This document shows positions 1 through 13,100 of a DNA stretch of 64,000 nt, one piece after another. The position numbers and the translations under genes are program-made. The notes beneath the pieces are model-generated. The model ran no database searches. It had not been told where the DNA came from and saw nothing but the letters and a program-made list of their open reading frames with translations. Every line of letters starts with the position of its first letter. Positions within the stretch are counted from its first letter, which is position 1. Location: positions 14,446,001-14,510,000 of the forward strand of contig OZ004610.1 of NCBI GenBank assembly GCA_963924565.1. The letters are read 5' to 3'. Source of the DNA: Ascidiella aspersa. Lineage: Eukaryota.

Positions 1-129
1 ATTAGCCAAACTAACGGTGGTATAAATGACTTAATTCAATCATAATCTTTCAGTCCAGCAATTTACCGCACTTATGTAGTTTAAATAGTCAAAAAGTGCT
101 GGAAATAGACTCGTGTATGGTTTGTCAAG

Positions 130-200
130 GAGGCGGCGGGCCGGATGAGTTACATTGGCGGGCCTGATCCGACCCGCGGGGCGTAGGTTTCAAACCCCTG
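130..200. mobile_element. Terminal part of a hAT/Charlie-like MITE; the other end is probably outside the window
   Basis: GGCGGGCCGGAT...GGCGGGCCTGATCCGACCCGCGGG...GTTTCAAACCCCTG resembles the subterminal and terminal motifs of hAT non-autonomous elements ending in CCCCTG. Confidence 0.5.
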
Positions 201-287
201 CCCTATAACATTGGATATAGGTTTATCTTGACTTTTTTCAATAAAAGTTTTGACGATACATTGGTTTCGAAGTGGTAAATCCACTAT

Positions 288-1420
288 CTAACTTAGAGCA
301 GCTCGGGATGCGGCCTTGTTCCTCAAACCCTCGAGGTATTTTCGAAACGTGAGGGAACGGCCCAGTATCACTCCAAAGTAGGTGGGGCATGGGTCAAAGG
401 GTAGGTTGGAACCGTTACAAAGGATGCGTAATACCCTGTTGTTTAATTTGAAGGCGAAGGCGACAGACTTTGTTTCGGTCAGCACCAGTCTCCATTTTTC
501 ATTGTATGATGAGAGTGTACCGACATCCTTGTTAGATTAGTTTCGACAGTTTTCCAACTCTAGCTTGACGTTAGTATGGCGATGTCATCTGCGTATGAGT
601 ATTTGCGGGCAGTGGTTTGGGGAAGGTCATACATGTATATGTTGAAGAGCATCGGTGCACAGAACCCTGTGGGACCCCATTTCTTAGCCGCCCCAATCGA
701 CTTTGTTGGCCGTCGCCGGTACGGAGAATGAAACTCCTGTTGGATACCAGTTTTCTGATAAAGTGTACCATGCGTTTGTCAGGGACGGTTTTCAGGAGCT
801 TGTAGGTTAGTCCCTGATGCCATATGGTGTCATAGGCGGCTGTCAGGTCTACGAATACAGCGCCTGTTTTGGTGTTGGCTTGGTAACCATCTTCAATATC
901 CTGCGTCAGGAGGGTGACTTGGTCTGATGTGCATCTACCACGCCTGAAGCTAGCTTGCTCTGGTGGTAATTGGGAATCAACGATAGGTTCTAATCGTGAG
1001 TGTTCGATTCGCTCAAGGATCTTGAAAGGGGTGCTTAGCAAGGATATTGGGCGGTAGCTCTTTGCATCATCGAGTGGCTTGTTTGACTTGTGTATGACTA
1101 GGCTATCATTAGGGCTCCTCTTCATATCCTTGGGATTTTTAGCTGGTTCATGCTCGACGAGAGGCAAGCCAATGGATTGCAGTCCGCCATGTGTGTAAGG
1201 AATTCTGGATGGAGGGGATCGGGGCCTGCTTCGTGCTTTACCGGACTTTAACTTCCGAAGGGCGTTGCGGACTTCTTCGGGTGTGAACTCGCTAGAGAGG
1301 TTTGCATCTGCAGTCGGTGATTTCCAAAGCTCTGATAGTTTATTTACCAGACTTGTCTTGGATAGCCGATGGATTTTGGCATTGTTTGTGCCATGTGGTA
1401 AACCAGGGCGAATCTCTTCA
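288..1420 (-). mobile_element. Degraded non-LTR retrotransposon (LINE) reverse transcriptase fragment, probably I-group (Vingi/Ingi-like)
   Basis: ORF 571-1167 has SYRPISLLS, EQASFRRGR, FVDLTAAYDTIWH and GVPQGSV. After a frameshift it continues FNIYMYDLP...YSYADDIA (YADD near 585-596). ORF 288-485 has the thumb-like TYFGVILGRSLTF. Frameshifts and truncation indicate a dead copy. The clade is recalled, not searched. Confidence 0.9.
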
Positions 1421-1819
1421 TGTTTGGTCGTAACATATTATACACTCTTTCGAAGGACGGATATATGTCCCGATAAAATTAATTTTAAGCCTGTTTAAAG
1501 ACTAAAATAGAAATTGTTATCGCGTGAAACGCGAATTTCGTATGTCTTTCTTGTTAGTTCCATGCATTTTTTGGCGTCTTTTCAGACAAAAGTCGCCCTC
1601 TGCACTGTGAAACACTTTGAAACAAAAGTATGTCAAACTTAGCTATTTGTAAATGGATGTTTTGCGTTACGATCGAAAGCATTTCGTCTAAAGCATATTC
1701 ACGAAAATTAGTATAACGGCCGTTTCCTACCCTGTAAACAGTGGTTGTCAATCGATGCCAAGTGGTTCCTTTAAGGAGGAATAGTTTCTATATTTGCGGA
1801 AGAAATCAACGTCGAAATG

Positions 1820-2290
1820 AAACACTGTTCGGAATAAAATCAAAATAGGACTAATACCTAATGGTGGTAGTCTCGTTAAAATCGAAATAAGCCCTAAATC
1901 CGTTGGATTAATACCTAAATGGCCAGAATCAGGCCTAAACAACACTTTACCTAACCCCAAACCCCACCCCTAATTACATCACTAACTCCCCTAATAATTT
2001 TAACCCTAAACCATTTTCTAACCACATCCGTAACCCACCAATAACCCCAAAGTACAAAAAATCCAGTGCTAAAACAGCGACGCCCTAATGGCACCGGTCA
2101 AACTAGGGCGTGCGAACGTCGTCAACGAACCGGCCGATGCCAGAACGACAACCCCCGATCGTCCCATACCCTCTAGTTACAGTTTCAGGCGGTATTTTGG
2201 CCATTTAGGTCCTACACGGATGCATTTAGGACTTATTCCGAAAGATTTAGATCTTATTCAGAGGATTTTGATCTTATTCTGTGTACACGG
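1820..2290. mobile_element. Foldback/MITE-like repeat with iterated GAATAAGACCTAAA-type motifs in inverted arms and a CCTAACCC-rich core
   Basis: 1829-1960 aligns by eye with 43849-43990. 2185-2290 carries the reverse-complement motifs (TTTAGGACTTATTCCG, GATCTTATTC). Confidence 0.6.
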
Positions 2291-4161
2291 TAGGCCTACT
2301 GCATATTACTGCGTATTTTGCTGTATTATGTTGTTGGTCTAACTATAATACTATGGTTTTACAGATTTTCCTGCTTTAGGAAATAGCCTACTGCTAAATA
2401 GGCAGAGACTGCTTGTCCATGATTTGGATAACGGATGGGGAATGAGTGGGGTTATACGTTGTCGTTGGGTTAGACTTAGAGTAAGAGTTTATTCTGACGA
2501 CATTTCGATTTAGACGTTTACCGACTCTTTTGTATTAGTCTAACAATTTGTGTCTTATTCCGACCTACTGTGCGACAATGATTTTATTTTAATTTTATTC
2601 CTATTGGTACAACTAATATTTGCCTACATGTATTAAATGTAATTTATGCTGTATATTGCCATATATGCATCGTCATTTGCTGTTTTGAAGAAACGTTTGC
2701 TGTTTTAAAGAAAGCCTTAGTAAAAATGGTAACGCTTGTCTAGCTCTCACCACATTTGCAAACACGCATTTTTCTCCACAAATTTAGCAAACGTTAGGTG
2801 GCTTTAGAGAGCCGATGTAAACAATGACGTAGTAAGTCGCGTGGTTTGCAAAATGTTCACCGCCGAATACAAACTACCAAGTGTGTTGATTGCGACTTGG
2901 CCTTGTATTTGCGATGAGGCTCGCATAGAAAAGTGGGTGTAGCATTGGTAAGGTAGTATGATAAAGCTTGTGTAAGTTTGAAAATATGTAACAACTTACA
3001 TGTTGCATGCCTATCAGTTTGGTATTCTGATTAGTTGTATTTAATAAGTCATGTTTTGCTGAGAATTTTAAACATGTCGTAATCTATTGTCGGTTTGTAA
3101 TCAAATACTTAAATTTGTTGTGTTTGTTTATTTGATATTTTTTTTTGGCATGAGTTTTGTAGAACTAGGCTTTATTTTGTAGCGATTTGCTACCAATATT
3201 AGCGAAAAGAAGCTATATTTGCAACTTCTTTTGCAGCATGCACACATTCCTATTTATAATTTTATATGTACATGCCAATTGATGGATTTTTGGTTAACCT
3301 AGTTCCTTAGCAATTAGTACTAATAATTTTCAAATTGTGTGTTTGTGGCAAAGTTGTAGAATACATTCAACTTAAAACCAGATTAGCTATAACATACTGT
3401 TTTTGAAAGGTTTTACCAATTTTAAATGCAAAAAAATTGGTTATCTAAAATCTAGATTTCCAGTCCATATAACAAAGTGTTACATAGACTCTCTTTAGTT
3501 AATATAAATAAATAACTGATACTGGTATAAATTATTAAACAACAAAAAACCCTGTATTTATGTACAGATATGAAGATGCCTGCATTGATTAATAGGCTAT
3601 TTATATGTGTTAAATATAAATTCTATATATCTTGTTCAAGTATTTTTCAACCATTTCTTCTCCTTTGATATAGATGTATATAAGCAAGCCACTATTATTT
3701 CTGCCAGTTAATGAAAAGGACTGCTGATTTAACAGACAGGAAGTTATTGGAATGCTTTACTCTTTGCCTGAAAGTCATTTGGTTTGGAATTTTATTTGTT
3801 TACTAAAAATGCCAGACAAAATTTTAGTGTAGGTCCTTAAGTGAAACTACAAGCAATTAAAAAATGCAATCAGACTGTTTTATAATGCTATACTTATTTT
3901 TTTCGGTATTTTAAAACAAATATTACATCATACTTTTTTAAGCTTTTGCTGCATTCAAACAGCAAACTATTAAGGACATGCTTTTTAAATGGTAATCAAT
4001 GACATGGTGACTTTCGTACTAAATAACTTTGTGATTTTGAAAATGTTCGAAATTTTCAAATTGTAAGCATAACTGATTTGTATTTTTGTTGTCTTATATA
4101 GGCTTGGAACATAATGTGCCTTTACCTGTAAAGCTGTCTTCTCTGCCTAACAAATAGGTCA

Positions 4162-7100
4162 ATGATGGATTATCTGTCTAAGGGAAAGACTGTGGATGAT
4201 TTGTCTTCGATAAGCAATCAGAATGGTAATAAATTTAACCAAGGCTTCTCAAAGAAATACAAGAAAAAGCTGTCTAAACAAAAATGCTTGGACATCTACA
4301 ATAATATACAGCTAATTGATGCCAAATCATTAGATGAACTTGACCCTTTTCAAAAGGTGGTCACTTCACCAGATTCACCTCACCTAGGATATGAGACAAA
4401 AGGTTTGTTTATTTTTAAATTATTAACTGTTGGTCCCAAAATACGCCTCATAACTTTCAGGTGGGATATTTGACTGGCACCTGCTAATACCATGCATGCA
4501 TATTTCATTAGCACCAGTAGAGCTGCATCAAATAGTTTGCTGGTGCGTTTTGGGCAAACTACTTAATAACCTGCATATGGGTGTCTCCGTCTAGCCTTTC
4601 ATTGCAAGACACGATTCTGGAAGCATGCAGCTGTCAAATAGTTATTAATATCCCATCACGGTGGTGACATTAAAATGCAATTGTCTGTGCTCAGACCTAT
4701 AAGCGCACAGACTCTCTGCAACTAAACTATCTTCTGTCTACTTTTAAGATGAGCAATATCACCTCAGGCAATAAAGCATAGCTAGATTGTTTAGGCTATT
4801 GACTTTGGTGTGTTCCATGGCCTACACTTACATATTTGTATATATTATTTAAGGTAGGACACTGTCTGAGTTGGAATTTATTGCTGACTATGGTTCTGAA
4901 ATATACACCGGTGGCAGTGGATACCTAAAAGGCTTGGAAGGTTCAAAGGCAAAAGGGAAACAACTGTTTTCACCAAGGTCAACGTCACTTGATGACGCAA
5001 AGTATGATTATATCTGGCAGTTAGATTAGTGTTTAATTGTTATTTATTCGGGCTAACAAAGGTCTGGAATAAAATTAATTTTGAAGGACATGTAAGTGCT
5101 TCACTTCTTTTAAGTATATATTGCTTTTCAATTTTTTTAGATTTACGAAATATTGTATACTTTATATGTTATCCTACCATGGTGCAGGATAAAAGTAAAT
5201 GTAACAATTGCGCCAAGAATATTTTTACTTAGACAATAATAAAAAAATCACAAGAACTTGTATAAAGTGTTAATCACTCTAAATAAGTGGTTCTCAAAAT
5301 TTTTTGGCTTATGGCAAGCTCAGAAAGTGAAACAATATTTGCAGCACACTTCTTACATAACAATATTATCATAACTTGACAATCGCCCCTAATATTCTGC
5401 AAGTCAATAGTTAAATTCCTTAATAACATCAGTTATATCATTGATATTGTGCATTCAGTCTTGAATGTTTACCTGTATGCACAATTAGGTTATTATCCAA
5501 AATTACAAAAAGTTTTGCGGCACACTTAATAATCTCTCACAATTTGAGAATCACTGCTTTAAATACTATTTTTGTGGGCCACAATTACAAGAATTAGAGA
5601 TAACAATTAATTAGTTTTTGTTTGTTTTTTATATTAAACTAACTTACTTAGCTTAGATGGACAACCAAGCAATCATTTAAAAATATTAACAAAAATCAAC
5701 AATATGATTTAAATTTAGAAAATGTTTTTAGAATCAGTTAAACAGAATGTAAATATTTTTTGTAGGCTGAGATTAAGATATTACCCATCTGTGGCTTGCT
5801 TACTTAAGCTAAAATAAGAAATGAAATAAACAAGTTGTCATACTAGTTTTAATATTTATTCGAGGCTACTTTAGAGGGCCTCAGGCTTTCCCTTGGTTGA
5901 TGGCCAGTTTGCTCTAGATTAGGTTTGCCCAGGCCTGCAAGTCACGTATGAACATTATTATCTGTGGCCTCAAGAACCTTGCTTAACTTTCCTATTTCCC
6001 AATCTTCTATCCTCATACCAGGAGATATCATATAGTGGTAGTGGGACCTCTAGGTAAAAAATCTCATATATATGTAATTTCTTAATTCCAAATATTTGCT
6101 AACATTTAAAAACACAGCATGGAAGTGCCTTATATTTGTGGCCTGAAAAACAATACAACGTTCGTAATCTTGTAAAACCCTGCATAGGATATGTGTTTAT
6201 ATGCAAATATGACATGTACTCAAATATACGCCAAATAAATAATATGACACCCTAAACATGTTATACTTATCTTTTAATAGATACACTATTAAAATCTTAC
6301 TTAACTTGTAGTGCTTCTTCTTCAACATCTTCAATTACAACAAGATCACCTCCTCTATCAAGAACCAACACCTTACCTGCTAACTATTCTTTGTCAAGAT
6401 CATTCTCAGTGTGTTCACAATACTCTAGTGAGATAACACCAAGGTTTGTTTTATGATTTACATTTGTTATTTTTTTTTAATTAAAATCAGGGCTGTAATA
6501 TATATATTTTTAATTGCATTTTACTCCTGACATGCATATTGTTAATGTATTTTACAAAAAATTTGACATTTTTATGATCTTAGAAGGCGGAAGAAACTAA
6601 CCTTGTTTGGTCGCCAAAATAGTCAACAGTTGTCATCATCTGTGTCTTCAATGCAGTCACTTTCTGTCAGCGATGCAAAAGTTCCATCGCCTGAGCGATT
6701 TACATCTATGTACCATGCTGTCAGAAAAGGGATAAGGTGGTTGCATTATTATTGTAGTCATTTGACAAAATGTTAGTTGCTTTATTGCAGTAACTGTAGT
6801 GTGTTATCTATGTTGTTTTTGTACTTTGTTTGCAGCGAGCACATCTCCGTGAATACAGCGGAACTAAATGTCCTAGAAATGCGTCAAAAGGAACCAGGAA
6901 GCTTTAATGCGGTAAGACTTAAAAAAAAACTTGGACACTAGAAAACATCACTATAAAGAAAATTTTCGGTCTTTGTTGCCTAGAAAGTATGTGTGTACCG
7001 TAATTTTTCTTTCTTTTCTGTGAATGCCTTTTATTTTATTGTTTTTATATTATTGGTTTATCATTACAGGCTCAAAGCTATGATGCTGACAAGGTAAGCA

Positions 7101-10100
7101 TAAGTTCCAAACAATATTAAAAATGTTATGCTTTGTTCTGCATACAGGCTACTGAACTACTTAATATTGATTGTAATAGCCTTTGCAATCTTTTATTCAA
7201 TTTCATTATGTATTACTATTGTAAAAAATATGGACAAATACTTTGAGATGCAAGCCAAAATTATAAAAATATTTGTTTCTGCGTATTTCAAAAATACAGA
7301 ATGGTGACTTACAAAAACAAATAAAACATTGAAATGTATTTTAGCAAATCAAAACTCTGGAGCGCATGATTAAGCGACTGCAGTATCAGCAGACACAAAT
7401 TGATGAGCTTCATGAAGCATATGCTTTGCAACAACGCTACAGGGAAGGTAAATAACAACATAAGTGAATGTATTGTATAAAATCTAATGTTTTTCAGTTG
7501 TAGTCTTTATAATTGTTATTTTCTGCACCTCTTTGTTTTCAGGTGCCTATAAACTTAAATCTGCCCTCAGCTCTTCAAGAGTGAGTTCCCGCTCATCTTT
7601 GGCAGGGATAAAGCACGACCTGTCACGGTGTACTGAGGTGTGCATGTTTCTGGTGTTAACAGGCAGTTAATAAACAGATTTATTTGTGTTTCAAAATTTA
7701 TATGTTTTTTTGGTTTATTCAGTTTTGTATAAATCATATTGGTTAAGGTATTAAAAGTTAAACTAAATGTTTTTGTTTGAAACAAAAAGAAAAACAAAAT
7801 TGCCTTTTAGTTTCCATATGTGTACACTTTAAAAGTTTTTCTTGTTGTATCAAATAATATCCCTAGCAGCTGATGGCCTCTCAGAGAAAGACAAATAGAA
7901 CATTGATGGGTATGGTTCACGTTGACAAACATCCTACTGTAATTACTCTTCCCATGCTAATTGCCTTAGCAAACACTAATGCAGTAGTGGCTTTATTATC
8001 CTGCCTTTAAGTGTTTGTTACTTTTGACTTTTAAATGGCAGGGATAATCCTAGAGTGCTGTGCTAATACTATTGCCATTTACTGTACTAATCAGTTTGTA
8101 ATATTTATTTCTAGCAATTTGCATGGGTTTAATTAAATTTCTGAATTTTCTTCTTTCTTTCAACTCTTCTTTGCTAAGCAATTTCCTGATTAAAACTTAG
8201 GTGTGTTTGTATTTAACGGTGAACGCATTACAAACATGTTGCTCTAATTTTCACATTAAACCATTGGCTTATACGGTGAATAGTAATTATCTAAAAAAAT
8301 TTTATTCATACATTTTATGTGTTATGCTTATCATGCATTTTACTTACATGTTATACAAATTTCAGACTCTTTGCACACTTGAACAAGAATTTAGAGCTTT
8401 ATTGGGACGCTTTCACTTTGATATGAAAGGTAATGTATTGCATAGTTTGACCCAGTTTATTAGTGTTATAATGAAATTCTCCCTTTAGCAATGACCTTGG
8501 TATGTGCTTAAAATAAGCGTCACAGTTAAAACTTGGGTAATTTATATCGGTTTTAAGTCTCGTTTATGCTGTTTAACTTTGGCTTTAAAAATGTTTAAAA
8601 AATCGTTAAATGTCGGTCGGTTTATATATACAATTTCTACTTGCTGCGTGTTGAATGTACTCTGGTCATATGCAATCGGAATTTAGGCAACCTTTCACAG
8701 TATTTTCGTCGTGTCTTTGCGGTATTTTTTCATGCAAAACATAACTGACCATCAAACGGTTTCCTGCGCCATCGTATCGACACAATCGGCAACGTCGTCA
8801 CGTCTTTCATCTCAAACCCCGCTCGAACTTAACTATTTTGCAGGCCTCATGGGCTTCGCTCGTCTGCGCGCCGGCGACCACTTCGAGGTGTCGGTTCGCT
8901 ACGGAGCCCAGAAGTGGAAGTTGCGTGGCTCGGTCAAGTCGTCGGGCGACCAGTCGTGGGACAAGACACAGCACACCATGCAGCCTCTGCTCAACGACCT
9001 TATCGACGTCAAGGTGCCTTCGGTTTTAACCATAAGCACCATGTAACAAACCCTATCACAAAGCAAGAGAGATTTGGCGTATTGCATGCTATCTCAAATG
9101 GGGTATAGTGCACCACCGGCGTGGCCCTGGGTGTCATAAGTATATGCCATTAACTAGGTAGTTATCCCCTGACGAGATCAGGAGCAAACTTGCAGTAAAT
9201 TTGTTAATTAATGCTGTTTTTCTTGCTTATTTTCCTATCATCTAACGACGCAAATAAATTAACAGACGTAAGTTAGATGAAGATGGCGCACGGGTCGGGT
9301 GTTGAGTCTTTATTAGAGCCACAGTCAAAACGCGTATTAACCACTGGTTTACTTATTGCGCCGAAAACTATGTAAAATGCACCGGTTTCACGTCGCTTTT
9401 TAAGTATATACTGTATGTTATAGATTAACTTTACAAGTCGTACATGCTTAAAAGCTTTTTGTAGAATTATTGCTTTGACATAACGTTTGTGATTGTTGAT
9501 TTTTCCATTATTTCAACATGTAACCCCGAACCGATGTTTTCTGAATTTATCCTGTTGCTTTTGTTATGTGCAACGCCAGGTGGTGGAAGTGAAGACACTG
9601 GGAAAGCACGTTATCGTCGGCACCGTTTCGTCCGAGACCAAAGATCTCTTTAAAGTAGAATCGCAGGTAACTAACCGGTGGTCTGTTGCACATTCGTCGG
9701 ATGTCTTACAAAACCATGTTTTGCACAGCTTCTTGGTTTCTCGTGCTTTTTGTCAGACAATAATTTGAGATTAGATGTCCGCTGGTGTACATTGTTACTG
9801 TAAAATGTTCCAATTCTTGTTTAGGCTGACTTGATATAGCGGTACACCGGTTACATCCTTATATAAACCTAACAAATGAAATTGGAAGTGGTCACCGATT
9901 CAGTATTCGTAGTTTATTTACGTCGCGCCACCATTTCAAAATACGCTGTAAAGGGCGTCCTCTTTCACTCAAAAGCAATCAGTCACAAAAATACGACTTA
10001 ATTAGCGCTTGGATTTACCTTAGTGCGTTCTTGTTGTGTTCAGAATCTCCTGATGGATATCAACGACACGGGAACAATCAAGCTCAGCATGACCGTGTCA

Positions 10101-13100
10101 TGGAGGTAAGCCAACAAACTGACATTTGTATTTTACCCAAATGGCTTGTTTGCGGACTGCGACATCCGTCAAGTTTTTTTACTTAAACTGTTGGCCCTTT
10201 ACGCATATATTATCTGGTCATTAACCCTTCCACCAATATTGTCCCTTTACCCATACAGTATTACTAACCGCAAATCATTCTAACTAAATTTTCAAGATGG
10301 CAAGATATATTACTTCTATTTGGTTTTTATGTCCAGCTGTGTCGCACTGCTCGCTCAAGGGTTTGAAATATTCGTTTTCTCCGTGTCGTGATAGACCATT
10401 TTAAGCCCTGTGGGCGCGCCGTATGTTTGGGCCTACCTAGTAAATAGTTAAGCAAAGCGGACGTGGCAACGGCTCTTATCTAAAAGTAAACATGGATTTT
10501 TAAATCCGGGACTTGAACTCGTAGAAGGATCGTATTTGGTCTTTCGAGAATTTTTGAAGCTTTGTAAAAAAAGGAAGACTATTTCACGTCGAATGCACTT
10601 TTCAATCTTGTGTAAATCGAGAGTTGTATTCAGTAGAAAGAGAGTGAAACGATTTTTTACCGCACTGAAGATGGCATAAGCACTTGCCGAAACGTATGCA
10701 AACAAAATAATGAATCTTTTATCATTTATTTGGGCCACTCTTTTTCTACTGAAGATTATGAACAGATTCGTGTTTAGTGTTCGAAAGTTGTATTATTATT
10801 ACGAAAATTGCCTTATTGTGGACGAACGTGACGCGTTCGTTCGAGGTTCACCAGAAGTAAGAAACGCCAATAAAGATTTGAATTGGCTCACCCGGCGTTT
10901 TGTCGTGCGCGGCAATCAGCTTGTCTGGTCACGTAAGCGCCCAATCACGCTCGACGATGTGTCACTTCCTAATCGATTTTTTTGTTATTGGCCTGGACGC
11001 GCAACAAATTTTCGACACGTGGCGTCGTCATGAACCACAGAAAAACTGCCCGACCGGAAATGGTGATTTGTCGAAAGCCTTTTTTTGCTGCTCCATTTGC
11101 TATCTTTTAGCGCCGCAATACGCGAAGGCATTTCGAGGACCTTGCTCGGTATGCCCTGGTAATTTTATGAATGTCGAATTTATAACCATTTGGTTTTATT
11201 CGAATGTCCCCTTAATCCAACCAACGGCTTGTAGTGATGGAATACAGTCGATTAAGCGTAGCTGAAAACTTCCGTATACTTTTGTATGCCGAGAGCCACG
11301 TTTATGGTGGAATAGGGAACCACAACCAAATTGGTTATGCAATCCTCAAGCGTCAATGATCTTGGATAATTACTGGTCAACAGCAAATTTTAAACTGAGA
11401 TGTAATCAATTGATTTTTAAAGTGTTTTGGGCGCTGTCTGAAAATTCCTTTATTTTTTTCTATCGCATCATGTTTTTGAAATATTCGCATTTAAATTTTT
11501 TAATGTATTGCTGTAGGCCTATTATCAATATAGGCATATTGCGCACTGTGACGTAATCCAACTTTGATGTGATTCACGTACCATTCAATATGATTTTACT
11601 GACGTTTCTAAATAAACAGTATAGGACAGATCTTTTTCCAAGGTTTTTTGTAATTAAAGAGAAAATTTCTAGATGTCAAAACAGATTTCGAGCTGAATAT
11701 AAATGTTGTTTAAACAAGTAGCCCACTCTCTAGCAGAATGATTCCCAAACTGTGTGCCGCGGCACACTAGTGTGTCTCGAGAGATTGCCAAGTGTGCCGC
11801 GAAACTTTTTTAAATTTTGAAAAATAAGTTAATTTATATTACCAATGGGCATACACGCAAGCATTTTAGACTGAAAAACGCACTATCTACTACAAATTAA
11901 TCATATTAAGACATTTACCCATAGTTTGCCGTGTGTTAAGGACGATTGTAAAAGGACTCTATAGTTATTCTGTTAAAAGAAATATTTAAGATATTTCTTT
12001 TTATTTGTGCCGTGAAACTATTTAAGATATTTTTAGTGTGCCGCGAGCCAAAACAGTTTGGGAACCACTGCTCTAGCTCTACAGCAGAAAAAATCAAAAT
12101 GAATAATTACAGATGTGTTGAGATTAAACCTTACGACCTAAACCTCTATTTTTGCTGGCAAGGCCAATTGATTTTACTCCGTTATTTATGTAGTCCTTTT
12201 GACGGCTACGAGTCACCAGCGACCGGGCATGTGAGCAATACGGCGGCCTCCGCCCTCATGGCCCCCGGCTCCGGTTCCAGGTTCCGTTCCATGTCGGTGG
12301 TGGATCGTTCCTCCCCGGGACAAGCCAGACAACGCAACCGACTCTCCAGCGCTTTTGCGCGCCCGCTGTCCACCATTAACTCGTGAGTTGTTCGTTAGCA
12401 AAATCAAACTGGAAGTCATGAATTGTGGCGTACTCACTCTTAGTGTTTTAAAACTTACTGAATGCTACCCTTCAGCCGACTATAAAATTATAAGTTTAAT
12501 TTCTCATGCATAAACCGTAGTTATTAAACCGCAGTTATATCTTCTGGCTTCGTCTATTTTTAAATCAAGAATTTGATTTATTAGAAAACTTGGTTTACAT
12601 AATTTTTTTTCTACAGATTTGTCCAATTAGACAATGTAATTTAGTCGCGAAGTTTAGCTATATCAACAAACTTTTATCAAGTAATATGCGTCTAACATGA
12701 TATTGTGATTTTTAACCAAGTTTTAATACATCGATACATTCTCATCCATTATGTATCTAGAGGGGCATTTCCTGTAAGATGCCAATGATCAATTGGTTTC
12801 AAATTGTTTCCTTCCTTTTTTTATTTGGCAAGGGTAATTTGATTGGTTTTACGAAAAATATAGTCGCGCATTACTACGTCTGTCCAATGTTTTCACTTTA
12901 CTTTAAGTCATCGTTGTTTTGCAGACCGTCAGCAAATGCCAATAACTCCAACAACAGAGAGTATCTCGAAATAGAGCAGCCGCCGCCACCAGCCAATCAT
13001 ATTTCAATCAACAGTACCAAGGTGATTTTGGCTCCGAAAATAAATCAGTTTTTGTCAGCTATGCGATTTCTTTCCAAGAATGGCATGCCGATTGTATAAA

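Noticed and set aside
1950-2050. TAACCC-like runs as interstitial telomere
   Set aside because: They are degenerate and embedded in the dispersed repeat family also seen near 43980-44075.
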